This document shows, piece by piece, positions 20,382 through 31,327 of a DNA stretch of 64,000 nt (positions are counted from its first letter, which is position 1; each line of letters begins with the position of its first letter). The DNA is from Nostoc sp. DedSLP01 (lineage in GTDB: Bacteria > Cyanobacteriota > Cyanobacteriia > Cyanobacteriales > Nostocaceae): the NCBI GenBank assembly GCA_034530875.2, contig JAVRCJ020000008.1, forward strand, positions 32,001-96,000, in the 5' to 3' direction. The position numbers were made by a program, and so were the translations under genes. The notes under the pieces are model-generated. The model saw nothing but the letters and a program-made list of their open reading frames with translations, had not been told where the DNA came from and did not search any database.

Positions 20382-20705
20382 TTACGCATCCTCCAGTTCC
20401 AATTGAGCCACCGTAACCGCATTAAAAGCAAAAGCTAAAACTAATGGCATCGGAGACTGGAACCAAAAGGTAAAAAGAACAGCGAAGATTGTGCCAATTA
20501 TTGCTGAGGTAGACCACAATCTTTCTTCAAAAGTTAATCCTTTTTCGGCTTTAATCAATCTCAAAACGTGAACTGGAATCGGTTCTGGCATTACACAACC
20601 TGGAGGAAAAGCCCAGTAGTTATTACGGCGCTCGACAAATAAATCTGTCCAGCCATTTTCTTGGCACCATGCCTCAATCCATTGAAGTGAGTAATGATTA
20701 ATCAT
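20382..20705 (-). CDS. Conserved hypothetical membrane protein
   Basis: 107 aa, WCQENGWTDLF...WAFPPG, two C-terminal hydrophobic segments. Confidence 0.75.
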   Translation of the reverse strand: MINHYSLQWIEAWCQENGWTDLFVERRNNYWAFPPGCVMPEPIPVHVLRLIKAEKGLTFEERLWSTSAIIGTIFAVLFTFWFQSPMPLVLAFAFNAVTVAQLELEDA

Positions 20706-21404
20706 CGCAGTTGGAAGTTCTGTTTGTGGAATTTGTGTAGTTGGTGAAGATAATTTTTGGGAGATTCCTAAAATGTAACTAATTCGCTATATTAAGTAAC
20801 TCTATCTTTGGTATTTTTAAGCTTTGTTAAGCAGTTGACATCCAATCGATATAAATGACTATTAACTCAAACATTGCTTTACTTAATTAAAAGCCTAGCA
20901 GCCGATAGAGTCGCTTAACTTCAAATGACAATAAACTTTACGTGAAAAATTCCAAGTGAAGAAATGTAAAGGGTCAGTAAGTCTTACTGCTCAATCAAAC
21001 CATTTAGGCAGGGAGTAGGGAATAGGGAATGGGGAAGAGGTCTTTAGAGTTTTACTTAGCTTCACAAAACCAAATTTTCAAATCAAGAATTGTAAATAAA
21101 TCAATGGCGCATAGTGTAGCTATTAGTAGACATTGCTGGAAATCATTTTTGAGAGTTTAAAAAAGTAGATAGTTATTTGTATCGGTCTTTGGTAATAATT
21201 TTGCTGGTATGATGTGGCGATAGCCCCCAGATTATGCCCCAAGTAATTGCTGCTTTCTGCCTCAAGTCGCAACCATAATTTTGCTCAAAGTGAGAAGCGA
21301 GGGCGGTTTTTACGTTACAAAATATTAAGCAAGGGAAATTTATTTATAGATTCCAAGTTTAGCAGCCCTGCTAATAGTCTCAATTACAATGCGGAAAGCT
21401 TACA

Positions 21405-21926
21405 ATGCAGCGATTATATACAAAATTGGCTCTCGATATGTTTTGGCGGCAAGGATTAGCGTTACTTGCGGGGATTATTATCTGGTGCGTGGCTCATCCT
21501 GCACTGGCGGTAAACTGGACTCACCCACTGTCATTTAGTAATGCAGAGTTGTCAAGGCGCGATTTTTCCGGTGAAAGTTTACAAGCTGCGGAGTTTTCTA
21601 ACGCCAATATGGAATTGGCTAATTTTACAAATGCTGACTTGCGGGGAGCAGTATTGAGTGCTTCGGTGATGACGCAAGCAAATCTGCATGGAGCCGATTT
21701 AACGAATGCAATGGTCGATCAGGTAAACTTAACTAGGGCAGATTTGAGCGATGCAGTTCTAAAAGAAGCCCTTTTGCTCCGCGCCATCTTTGATGATGTG
21801 AATATAGACGGTGCAGATTTTACAGATGCAATTTTGGATAAAGCACAAATCAAAGAACTGTGTACAAAAGCTGGTGGTGTGAATTCCAAAACAGGCGTGC
21901 AAACTCGTGATTCTCTGGGATGTTAA
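21405..21926 (+). CDS. Pentapeptide repeat protein (exported/lumenal)
   Basis: Signal peptide ending ALA, A(D/N)LxX repeats, C-terminal LC...TRDSLGC; start may be 21438. Confidence 0.9.
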   Translation: MQRLYTKLALDMFWRQGLALLAGIIIWCVAHPALAVNWTHPLSFSNAELSRRDFSGESLQAAEFSNANMELANFTNADLRGAVLSASVMTQANLHGADLTNAMVDQVNLTRADLSDAVLKEALLLRAIFDDVNIDGADFTDAILDKAQIKELCTKAGGVNSKTGVQTRDSLGC

Positions 21927-23080
21927 TGAAACGTGTAGGTGTAATTGGTGGCGGACAACTCGCCTGGATGATGGCAGATGCAGCACGCAAATTAGGAGTA
22001 GAATTAGTAGTCCAAACTCCTAGTGAAGGTGACCCAGCAGTATCAATCGCCCAGGAAGTTGTTTTCGCGCCTGTAGATGACGCCAGCGCTACAGGAATAT
22101 TAGCGAAAAAATGTGATGTCATCACTTTTGAAAATGAATTTGTTAATTTAGATGCTTTATCTGTTTTAGCAAAACAAGGGGTTTGTTTTCGTCCGAGATT
22201 AGAAGCATTAACTCCTCTTTTAGATAAATATCATCAGCGTTGCTATTTAAGCGATTTAGGCTTGCCAGTTCCACAATTTTTCGCTGTCGAACAGATAGAC
22301 AATCTCAAATCTAAAATCGAATATCTCGGTTTTCCTGTAGTTTTGAAATCTCGACGTCACGGTTATGATGGTCAGGGTACTTTCATAATTAAAGGCTTTG
22401 CTGATTTAGAAGAAAAGTTAAGTTATGAAACTATAACAAAAACTGCAAATCAATCGCTTTTTTTGTTAGAGGAATTTGTACCTTTTACCAGAGAACTAGC
22501 AGTAATAGCAGCTCGTTCTGTCAATGGAGAAATCGTTACCTATCCAGTGGTAGAAACCCAACAAGAACAACAAGTATGTCGCCGGGTAATTGCGCCGGCT
22601 GAGATTTCGCCAAATCAAATAGCAAAAATAGAAGCGATCGCACATACTCTATTAAATAGCCTGCAATTCGTAGGAGTCTTTGGAATTGAGCTATTTCTAA
22701 CTGCTGATGGCAAAGTGCTAGTCAATGAAATTGCTCCGCGTACCCACAATTCTGGGCATTTTTCCCTTGATGCTTGTGAAACTTCTCAATTTGAACAACA
22801 GTTAAGGGCAGTTTGTGGTTTATCTTTAGGAAATCCCGATTTACTGTCTGCTGGTGCTGTGATGGTGAATTTGTTGGGATATGAAAATTCTGATAGCGAT
22901 TACCAAAGCCAGCGTCAACAAATAGCAGAGATTCCCCAAGCGCACGTTCATTGGTATGGGAAAACTCAATCGCGTCCTGGGCGCAAGTTGGGACATGTCA
23001 CGGTTTTGTTGGATAATCAAAATCGAGAGCAGGGTATGGCAGTTGCCCAAAACATAGAATCTATCTGGTATCCCAGCTAA
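21926..23080 (+). CDS. purK: N5-carboxyaminoimidazole ribonucleotide synthase
   Basis: IGGGQLA, TFENE, GYDGQG, NEIAPRTHNSGH, YGK...RPGRKLGH. Confidence 0.95.
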   Translation: MKRVGVIGGGQLAWMMADAARKLGVELVVQTPSEGDPAVSIAQEVVFAPVDDASATGILAKKCDVITFENEFVNLDALSVLAKQGVCFRPRLEALTPLLDKYHQRCYLSDLGLPVPQFFAVEQIDNLKSKIEYLGFPVVLKSRRHGYDGQGTFIIKGFADLEEKLSYETITKTANQSLFLLEEFVPFTRELAVIAARSVNGEIVTYPVVETQQEQQVCRRVIAPAEISPNQIAKIEAIAHTLLNSLQFVGVFGIELFLTADGKVLVNEIAPRTHNSGHFSLDACETSQFEQQLRAVCGLSLGNPDLLSAGAVMVNLLGYENSDSDYQSQRQQIAEIPQAHVHWYGKTQSRPGRKLGHVTVLLDNQNREQGMAVAQNIESIWYPS

Positions 23081-23140
23081 ATTTTTTAGAAACTTTCGAC
23101 GTTGAACACACAACATGTTTTTGAAAGCTATAATGAGTTA

Positions 23141-23321
23141 GTTGCACTACGACGTTGGTGACTGCCATCAAGTTTTTTGATCTATGTCTTTAAAGAAAAG
23201 GGAGTCAACCAGTCTCGTGGCAGTAGACCGGGCATGTACCCGGAAACTTTAAACGAGAAATTCCGATTCCCACCTGGTTTAACCAGGTCATAAACTTAGG
23301 TAAAACGGCGTCGCGGTGAAC
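23141..23321 (+). ncRNA. ssrS: 6S RNA
   Basis: Lies directly downstream of purK, the known cyanobacterial synteny. TATAAT at 23129-23134; 5' GTTGCACTACGACGTT pairs with 3' AACGGCGTCGCGGTGAAC; ~180 nt; terminator follows. Confidence 0.85.
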
Positions 23322-23332
23322 TTAAAATTATT

Positions 23333-23370
23333 AGCTCCCAAACTCAGTTAGAATTTGGGAGCTTTAATTA
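23333..23370 (+). terminator. Intrinsic terminator after 6S RNA
   Basis: AGCTCCCAAA-loop-TTTGGGAGCT followed by TT and an AT-rich tract. Confidence 0.7.
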
Positions 23371-23588
23371 TTTATCAGCAGCAAACAGGGAATAGAGAAT
23401 AGATTAAAAGTTAGCGATCGCTTTATTTCCTAAACTATGGTTAAAGTACTGTAGTTATAATTCGAGTGCCGCTTTGATGGTTAATAGCTTCCTTCAATGA
23501 TATTGGATGGGCGCACAACTGCGCGCCCTTACTTGAGGCTATTCAAATGTAAATTGCTATTTTCAACGAGCATAGTTATCCAAATCTA

Positions 23589-24656
23589 CTAACGAACCCC
23601 AACGAAACCAGCTCGTTCAATTGCTTTTTGTCCCTGTTCGGTTAATAACAGTTTGGCGTAAGCGTCCCCGATTTGCTGTTCTTGACCTTTGTTTTGCTTA
23701 ATAATCACAAATAAGTTAGCAGTAATTGGATAACTGCCATTTCTAATTACCTCAGTATTTACCTGGTTGCGCTGACGCAGACAGTTTTCAGCATCAGCCA
23801 AAGGTTCGCGGTAAGGAGGAATTAGCTTATCAAAAGTGCGGCCTAATGGTAAAGCCTTTACACTACACTGAGGCACTACCGAACGTGCAGAAGCGTAATA
23901 CACGCCGCCGGGAGTTTTACTCAACTGGCGTACTGCTTCTGTAGTGGAGTAGACATACTGTACATTCGAGCCAAGTGCTTGGTTTTTCAAGTTGTTGCTA
24001 GAAAATACTACTGTATCTCCATCCTCTGGCCGCTGAGATAAAGGTACAATGGGTAGGTTTGGCCCGCCTACTTGCTGCCAGTTAGTAATTTGTCCGGAAT
24101 AAATCTGCTGTAATTGCTCAACAGTTAAACCCTGTATATTTAGTGATGGGTTAACTACTACTGCGATGCCATCAATGCCTACCTGACGTTGCTCAAGGGT
24201 AAAACCTCGTTGTTTAGCGATGGCTTTTTCTTCATCTGTAAGGGGACGCGAAGACTGAGCAAAATCGAGTTTGCCATCAAGCAACATGCGAATCCCAGAA
24301 CTTGAGCCAGGATTACTTCTAACAGGATCTACATAGCGTAATTGTAGTTCGGGGCGATCGCTCTGGATCTGAGAATCTACCAATTGGCGAATAGATGCCC
24401 AAGCTGTACTACCACCGTAGTTAAATGAACCTGTAGGGACACCGGGAATTGTCTGAAAATCTGATGCTGTCCTAGTGTTGAAATTTTGATTGGAGTAAGA
24501 ATCACGATTGTTGCGGGATAACAAGTTTGGCTTAAGTAACCACCAAAGTAATCCGCCGATAACCATCAGTGTCAGTACTTTACCAATAATCAAACCTCTA
24601 AGAAAGAGGGCAATTTCCCCGTTAATTAAAGCTTTTCTTTGGTTGGTATTATCCAT
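23589..24656 (-). CDS. PstS-like (PBP) substrate-binding protein, membrane anchored
   Basis: NYGGSTAW, GSSSGIRML, AQSSRPL, DGIAVVVNP, YPITANLFVII. Confidence 0.85.
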   Translation of the reverse strand: MDNTNQRKALINGEIALFLRGLIIGKVLTLMVIGGLLWWLLKPNLLSRNNRDSYSNQNFNTRTASDFQTIPGVPTGSFNYGGSTAWASIRQLVDSQIQSDRPELQLRYVDPVRSNPGSSSGIRMLLDGKLDFAQSSRPLTDEEKAIAKQRGFTLEQRQVGIDGIAVVVNPSLNIQGLTVEQLQQIYSGQITNWQQVGGPNLPIVPLSQRPEDGDTVVFSSNNLKNQALGSNVQYVYSTTEAVRQLSKTPGGVYYASARSVVPQCSVKALPLGRTFDKLIPPYREPLADAENCLRQRNQVNTEVIRNGSYPITANLFVIIKQNKGQEQQIGDAYAKLLLTEQGQKAIERAGFVGVR

Positions 24657-24853
24657 ATCTGGAAATTGTCTGTATTGTATGTATTTATCCTACAGGAATT
24701 TCTAAGTATTTACCCTATAAAAAGCTCTCGATATTTAAGTTTTTGGTAAAGCTTTAGTCGTTGAGTTATTTAATATCCTGTTTTTTAGTTGTTAAAACGA
24801 TGTTCAATTAAGGTCGCAGTAATATGTTGCAAGGAACTGAAGTTCAAGGCTCA

Positions 24854-24953
24854 TATAGCAATCCTATTTGTGTAAAACTACTCGTAGAGGGAGGGAGTAG
24901 GGAATAGGGAATGGGGAGTAGATTTATTTGTAACTCCTAACAGGATTGCTATA
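24854..24953. mobile_element. MITE-like element TATAGCAATCCT...AGGATTGCTATA with STRR-like interior
   Basis: 12-bp perfect terminal inverted repeat; related ends at 53547-53650. Confidence 0.7.
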
Positions 24954-25192
24954 GCAAAAGCCAATTTAACTTGATTATCGAATTTAAATGTTGTTCAGCT
25001 TATCATCTTCAAATGACTAAATCTTGTAAGAATATTTAGTCTAATGAAGTAGACTTTGGCTATAAAAAAAGGAACTTGAGTGCCAGTCCGATGGCGAAAC
25101 GAACAGTTAAGTGATTTTTAGCTTTAGTTGACACCAAATATTAGATGATATATTTGTTAGCTAATCAAATCTAATGCGCTCTTTGGCAATTT

Positions 25193-26446
25193 TTACCAAG
25201 GTGCAATTCGTTTTGTATAATCACTTTTAACTGCTAAGCTATTTAAGTTAATTAAACGTGAGTGATGGACAAATTTTTCTAGAAGATTTTTCAATTGATT
25301 GGGCTGATTTGGCACAGATATACTAGTATTAATAAATGTATATATTAACAATAATACTATCAAACTAGTAGTAGCCCCAAGTCCGATTCCCATCAATAAA
25401 ATAAAGTTTTTATAATTTACTAAATAGTTATCTACAGTTTGTCGGTTTTTTATATCAGATTGTGATGGCGGCGACCACACCAGAGTGTAATTCAGCGCTT
25501 GCAAAGCTTCTGCGGCAGACTGATAACGTTGGCTATGGCGATCGCAAATCATTCTGTCTAAAATATCTGCAAAGCTATCGCTTACCTGTGCGTGATGACG
25601 CCAGCTAATTTCTCCACTATTAGCATCTTCTTGTAGTTGGTCGGGGATTAAGCCTGTGAGAGCTTGAATGCCAATCATTCCTACTGCATAAACATCGCTG
25701 CAAAGCTTTGGCTTTCCTTTCGCCTGTTCGCTTGGCATATAACCAGGAGTACCAACTACAACTGTTAATCCGGCTCCCAAAGCACCAATTTTTTTAATGC
25801 TGCCAAAGTCAATTAATACAATCTTGCCATCAGAGCGCCGTCGCATTAAATTTTGCGGCTTAATATCTCGGTGAATAATGTTATTTTCGTGGACGAAAAC
25901 TAAGACTTCTAAGATTTCTTTTAATAAATTTACGACTACACCTTCGCTCAAACGTTTTCCTGGGATAATTTCTTGAGTTAAGGCATGGCCGTCAATATAT
26001 TCTTGAACTAAATAAAAATCGTCATTTTCATCAAAATGGGCAAACAGCCTCGGAATTTGCTCGTGGTTGTTGCCTAATTGATATAAAACTTCTGCTTCCC
26101 GAGCAAATAATTTTTTAGCGATCGCACCTACTTTAGGATTAGGATCTTTTGGATGGAAATGTTTGACAACACAATGCGGCCGGCCTGGTAAATCCAGATC
26201 TACGGCTAAGTACGTATCTCCAGATCCTCCACTTCCCAACAGTTTAATAATCTCAAAGCGATTCCGAAGTTTTTTTCTAATAAGAGAATTTTGATATCGA
26301 TTGCGTATTGCAGTTGCTAATGAGTAGTTTTTAGTAGATTCTGGGCTTCCCAATACTTTAACAGTCTCAAAGCTACTCCTGAATGTTTTTTTGATGAGAG
26401 GATTGTGGCTCATGTGGCATCTACTACGTGTGAAATCACTGTGCAT
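25193..26446 (-). CDS. Ser/Thr protein kinase with C-terminal TM
   Basis: LGSGGSG, VVK, HRDIKPQN, DFG, GTPGYMPSE; start uncertain. Confidence 0.92.
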   Translation of the reverse strand: MHSDFTRSRCHMSHNPLIKKTFRSSFETVKVLGSPESTKNYSLATAIRNRYQNSLIRKKLRNRFEIIKLLGSGGSGDTYLAVDLDLPGRPHCVVKHFHPKDPNPKVGAIAKKLFAREAEVLYQLGNNHEQIPRLFAHFDENDDFYLVQEYIDGHALTQEIIPGKRLSEGVVVNLLKEILEVLVFVHENNIIHRDIKPQNLMRRRSDGKIVLIDFGSIKKIGALGAGLTVVVGTPGYMPSEQAKGKPKLCSDVYAVGMIGIQALTGLIPDQLQEDANSGEISWRHHAQVSDSFADILDRMICDRHSQRYQSAAEALQALNYTLVWSPPSQSDIKNRQTVDNYLVNYKNFILLMGIGLGATTSLIVLLLIYTFINTSISVPNQPNQLKNLLEKFVHHSRLINLNSLAVKSDYTKRIAPW

Positions 26447-27124
26447 TCAGAGCTTGTCATAGCTTGGGTGAGACGATAAATACTTACCGTCTCAGCTAAC
26501 TTTGAGTTTGGGGGGCAATCATCTTACCAGAGATTGATATTTTTTAGAGGAGTTTTATTGTTTGCCGCTTGATAGTTTCTTTAACATTACAAACAGCCAC
26601 TCAGTAATTTTAGCAAAAAATAACCATCGTTAAAATAAATTTTGACCTAATTGAAATCCCCATTGAGTTTAACGATGTGAGAAAATTCAGCATCTGAGCC
26701 ATTGACTTGAAACCAGACTTCTTCATCTTCAATATGCCTCCGTAATTTCAAGGCCGTGTCGATAAGCACTAGTAAATTTCCTGGCATTACTGACTAGGAT
26801 TTTTTTATGCTAACAGCAAAATATGATATTGGGCGATTGAAATTATTGTTTAGCTCGGCGAAAAGAGGAAAGGTTTAAATCAATTTAATACATGTGCTTG
26901 AAAATCTTGAGTCTACTAAAGTAGACTGTCTTCTATTAGCTTGGGAATTGATTCCCAGGCGGGTGACTTAGGTTAATACCAATGTACAGCTAGCTGTGCG
27001 CCCCTACCTAAGATTTTGTAGAAAAATTATTATAAGTAATTTTCCTAGTAATAGAAATAAAAAAACCCCCTATTGGGGGCTAATCGAGTTGTCCGCGTGG
27101 AGTGAACAACTAAATAATTAATAC

Positions 27125-27751
27125 TCACAGTAAATACAGCAATCCGAACAAAATAATCCAAATCACGTCAACAAAGTGCCAGTAAATTTCCGCAGCTTCA
27201 ATACCGAAATGTTTTTCGCTACTATAATGCCCTTTGGTGCGCGATCGCCACAACACGGCGAGAATCGCTAAAACGCCCAGGGTAACGTGCAATCCGTGGA
27301 AACCAGTCAAAACATAAAATGCACTGGCAAATAAATTGGTAGTTAAACCAAATTCTAAATGAGTATATTCATATACTTGTCCTACGAGGAAAATAGCACC
27401 CATCGCAGCGGTAATTGCTAACCAAAGCTGTGCCCCCCGGTTATCGTTCTTTTTGATAGCAGTGTCGGCATTGTGCATGACAAAACTACTAGCAATCAGA
27501 TTGGCGGTGTTAACTCCGGGTAGCAATAGTTCTAACTCTGGAGTGCCTTCTGGAGGCCAAGCAGGCAAGGTAGCACGGAAAGCGAGATAGGCTCCGAACA
27601 GCCCCATAAAAATCATCCCTTCAGCAATCAAGAAGACAATTAGCCCAAACAAGCGATGGTCTGGATGTTCTTCATGATGGCCGACAGCTGCTTCTGCTGC
27701 GTGGTGATGATTGAGTTCAGTTTTAGCTGGGTCAATTGTTTGACTTTGCAT
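27125..27751 (-). CDS. coxC: Cytochrome c oxidase subunit III
   Basis: FYVLTGFHGLHV, YWHFVDVIW. Confidence 0.95.
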   Translation of the reverse strand: MQSQTIDPAKTELNHHHAAEAAVGHHEEHPDHRLFGLIVFLIAEGMIFMGLFGAYLAFRATLPAWPPEGTPELELLLPGVNTANLIASSFVMHNADTAIKKNDNRGAQLWLAITAAMGAIFLVGQVYEYTHLEFGLTTNLFASAFYVLTGFHGLHVTLGVLAILAVLWRSRTKGHYSSEKHFGIEAAEIYWHFVDVIWIILFGLLYLL

Positions 27752-27769
27752 GAATCTTGATAAATGTAG

Positions 27770-27870
27770 ATTGGGGATTGGGGATTGGGGATTGGGGATT
27801 GGGGATTGGGAATTAGAAAATAGTATTTTTAATCTTATTCTCTAGTCCCCAGTCACCAGTCCCCAGTCAC
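27770..27870. repeat. STRR heptamer tracts (TTGGGGA)n and (CCCCAGT)n
   Basis: About six TTGGGGA copies followed by an opposed AGTCCCC tract between coxA and coxC. Confidence 0.85.
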
Positions 27871-27871
27871 T

Positions 27872-29608
27872 TTATTTCCGGTCTTCGGGATTAGCGGCAA
27901 CCGCTGGGTCGGGTTCTGCCCTTAATACCGAGTTGGGGCCGGCAGACAAGACTGGATTGGGGTCAGATAAGGGTACGCCTTCTTTCGCCTTTTCCAAACC
28001 GTAGTCGTAGGGGCCTGTAACTAATACTGGGGTTCCTTCAAAATTCTCGATCGCTGGCGGTGAGGTAGTCATCCACTCTAAGGTTAGTGCCCTCCAGGGA
28101 TTATTACCAGCTTTCTCTCCGTACAACCAACTCCAAATGGCATTGATGATGAAGGGAAATGTAGAGACTGCCAGGATATAAGCACCATAAGTGCAGATTT
28201 CATTCAGTAAAGTAAATTTCGGATCGTACTGAGCGACACGGCGGTTCATGCCCATCATCCCTAGCTTGTGCATGGGTAAGAAGGCCATATTTAAACCGAC
28301 AATTGTCAAGGCAAAGTGAACCTTACCCCAAAATTCGTTGAGCATCCGTCCCGTCATTTTCGGGAACCAGTGGTAAATCGCTGCGTAAATGCCGAGAACG
28401 CTACCACCAAACAAAACGTAGTGCAAATGTGCCACTACAAAATAAGTGTCGTGGACGTGAATATCAAAAGGTACCGCTGCTAACATCACGCCACTGATGC
28501 CACCAATCACAAAGGTGCCAACAAAGCCTATTGCAAATAGCATGGCGGTGTTGAGTTGAATTTTGCCGCCCCACATTGTTCCCAACCAGCTGAAGATTTT
28601 AATTCCAGTCGGTACGGCAATAATCATGGTGGTGATCATAAAGAACATCCGCAGCCAACCGGGGATACCGCTGGTAAACATGTGGTGCGCCCAGACGATT
28701 AGCCCTAAAAAGCTGATGGCGAGGGAAGAATAGGCAATGGCTTTATAGCCAAAAATCGGCTTGCGGGAATGCACGGGGATCACTTCTGAAATTACCCCAA
28801 AGAAGGGCAAAATCATGATGTATACCGCTGGGTGCGAGTAAAACCAGAACATGTGCTGGTAAACAACGGGATCGCCGCCGCCAGTCGGATTAAAAAATGT
28901 CGTTCCAGCAAGTAAGTCAAAAGCAAGCAGAATCAGACCTGCTGCTAACACTGGCGTAGATACCAGAGTCAATGCCGAAGTTGCAAACATCGCCCAACAG
29001 AACAAAGGCAATTGATTGAATCCCAAACCTGGGATACGCATCCTCAGCAATGTGACGAGGAAATTGATTGCCCCCAAAATCGATGACGTACCGAGTAAGA
29101 GGACGCTCATAATCCAAATTCCCTCGCCTACCTGACCTGTTACCAAGCTCAGGGGAGGGTAGGAAGTCCAACCTGCATCTGGTGCATCGCCGACTACTAA
29201 ACTAGCGATTAGCAACAAACCAGAAGGCGGGATCATCCAAAAGGCAACAGCATTCAAGCGTGGGAATGCCATATCCTTAGCCCCAATCATCAAGGGGATC
29301 AGAAAGTTAGCAAAACCCGCACCAGCCGGCACAATCCACAAAAAAATCATGATTGTAGCGTGCAGCGTAAACAAGCTGTTGTAGACTTCCGGGGTTACAA
29401 AATCTACTTCTGGCGTTCGTAATTCTGTACGAACTAAATCAGCCAACACGCCACCGATACAGTAAAAAATGAACGTGGTGACTAGGTATTGAATCCCAAT
29501 CACCTTATGGTCGGTGTTAAAGGTAAAGTAATCTTGCCATTTTCTCACTGGTGGTTCTTCACCATGAGCAGGGATATTGGCAGCTTCTTGCAACTGAGCT
29601 TGTGTCAT
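27872..29608 (-). CDS. coxA: Cytochrome c oxidase subunit I
   Basis: DHKVIG, GWTSYPPL, WFYSHPAVY, VWAHHMF, HDTYFVVAHLHYV. Confidence 0.97.
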   Translation of the reverse strand: MTQAQLQEAANIPAHGEEPPVRKWQDYFTFNTDHKVIGIQYLVTTFIFYCIGGVLADLVRTELRTPEVDFVTPEVYNSLFTLHATIMIFLWIVPAGAGFANFLIPLMIGAKDMAFPRLNAVAFWMIPPSGLLLIASLVVGDAPDAGWTSYPPLSLVTGQVGEGIWIMSVLLLGTSSILGAINFLVTLLRMRIPGLGFNQLPLFCWAMFATSALTLVSTPVLAAGLILLAFDLLAGTTFFNPTGGGDPVVYQHMFWFYSHPAVYIMILPFFGVISEVIPVHSRKPIFGYKAIAYSSLAISFLGLIVWAHHMFTSGIPGWLRMFFMITTMIIAVPTGIKIFSWLGTMWGGKIQLNTAMLFAIGFVGTFVIGGISGVMLAAVPFDIHVHDTYFVVAHLHYVLFGGSVLGIYAAIYHWFPKMTGRMLNEFWGKVHFALTIVGLNMAFLPMHKLGMMGMNRRVAQYDPKFTLLNEICTYGAYILAVSTFPFIINAIWSWLYGEKAGNNPWRALTLEWMTTSPPAIENFEGTPVLVTGPYDYGLEKAKEGVPLSDPNPVLSAGPNSVLRAEPDPAVAANPEDRK

Positions 29609-29717
29609 AGGAATGAGTCATTTGACTTCTTACAGAAGTGGGGTAAAGGGTAAGGGGAAAAGGGGAAAGGGAATCTTCCTTTTCTCTTTAACCTTTCCCC
29701 TTTTCCCTTTTTCTGAA

Positions 29718-30806
29718 TTAATGGTGAACTTGATGGAGGATTTCTGGTTGAATTCCCATGTCCTTAGTGTAGGGAGCGAGAAATTCGTGTGGAGGTAAAT
29801 CCGCAGGATTAACGGCAATGGCTTGATTGAGAGTTTCTTTACTGGCAACTAACTGCTCTTGTTGCCATTTTTCAAATCCTTCTTGTGATTCAACAACGAC
29901 TGTTGTTCTCATGGCACCGTGGTATGGGCCGCAAAGTTCGGCGCAGATTAAAGGATAATCGCCTAGTTTGTTGGGTGTGAAGCGAATCTCACTTTGTCTG
30001 CCGGGAATTGCATCTTGCTTGAGGCGGAACTCTGGCACCCAGAAGGCATGGATCACATCGTTGGCTGTCATATTGATTTCCACTTCTTTACCGATGGGAA
30101 CGTGCATTTCGCCTGTGGTAATCCCAGTTTCTGGATAGGTGAAAATCCAGGCATATTGTAGACCGGTGATATTGACTTGCAGTGCTGCTGGTTGACCTGC
30201 TTTCTCGGGACTGCCGCCAATTGTGGGAGCAACGCTGCCGACACCTGGAGCATCTTGCTTTTGGGGAATTTGGTCGGCGTTGCGGACTGCTGCTGTCGCT
30301 GGGTCTTGCATCGCCTCATCAGATTTTTGTTGATTGCGGTTGGGTTCGGTGCTTGGAGGTGTATCGCTTAATGTTGCGGCGATCGCACTTCCATGCCCAG
30401 GCATTTTCATCGACTCTTGAGAAATCGGGGCTTCATGGATGGCATGGGGATCGAAGCCACCGATTTCGTTGTACACATCAAAACTGTAAACAGAAATACC
30501 GATAACGATAATTGCTGGGATCGCCGTCCAGAGTATTTCTAAAGGTACATTACCCTCGACTGGCGGGCCGTCTTCATTATCACCTGCCCGCCGACGGTAT
30601 TTAAATGCAGAGTAAATCAAAACACCTTCGACTATTAGAAATATACCTGTAGAAACGACCATCATCGCATTGAACAGACCATCGACTAAGACGGCTTCAT
30701 CAGTTGCTGCTGCTGGCAACAGACCATGATTTTGACCGTACCAAATACTGGTTAGAGTTAGCACGATGCCAATGAGTAATGTCCAGATTGAACTTGGAAT
30801 TTTCAC
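29718..30806 (-). CDS. coxB: Cytochrome c oxidase subunit II
   Basis: LEILWTAIP, DVIHAFWVP, CuA motif CAELCGPYHGAM. Confidence 0.97.
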   Translation of the reverse strand: MKIPSSIWTLLIGIVLTLTSIWYGQNHGLLPAAATDEAVLVDGLFNAMMVVSTGIFLIVEGVLIYSAFKYRRRAGDNEDGPPVEGNVPLEILWTAIPAIIVIGISVYSFDVYNEIGGFDPHAIHEAPISQESMKMPGHGSAIAATLSDTPPSTEPNRNQQKSDEAMQDPATAAVRNADQIPQKQDAPGVGSVAPTIGGSPEKAGQPAALQVNITGLQYAWIFTYPETGITTGEMHVPIGKEVEINMTANDVIHAFWVPEFRLKQDAIPGRQSEIRFTPNKLGDYPLICAELCGPYHGAMRTTVVVESQEGFEKWQQEQLVASKETLNQAIAVNPADLPPHEFLAPYTKDMGIQPEILHQVHH

Positions 30807-31327
30807 GGCTCACTTAATTGAATTTACTACGTTATCTCAAAGCTGCTCACTTACTAAGGTAATCTAGGCTATAAGACATAGACTCTAAATATCTGAAATT
30901 TTTATTAATTTTTCTGAGTATCTTACAAATTTTGAGTACAAGGTGACTAACAGATATTCCCAGAAATAGATGCAAATCAGTAGAAAAATTTAAGAAAAAA
31001 TTTATGATGGTTAATTTAACTGCTAATCATGGGTTTTTCACATCTTAAAAAATACCTAAAGCTTCAGCCAAAACATAACGAGAGTGCTTCAAAGTATAAG
31101 TGAGTGCCAATCTATAAACCCCTAGACTATACGCTAGGGTGGAGATGGGGAGGACACTTGCTTGTGGGGGTTCCCACACCACTTGCTTTCATAGCGGGAA
31201 CGCTTTGGGCGAACAAGCCGGGAAGCCCGTCCAACACAGTGGCTCCCTGCTCTTGCAAAGTGTCCGTTCAGTATTGAAAATTGAAAATTTTAAGAGATCC
31301 ACCAAGAACGGGCAGAAGGTACTGTTC

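Noticed and set aside
29613..29848. Short ORFs between coxB and coxA
   Set aside because: They are translations of AAAGGGG/CCCCTTT heptamer inverted tracts and overlap coxB.
31139..31327. N-terminal extension of CtaA in the ORF track
   Set aside because: It reads through a nested repeat element; the plausible start is ATG 31328.
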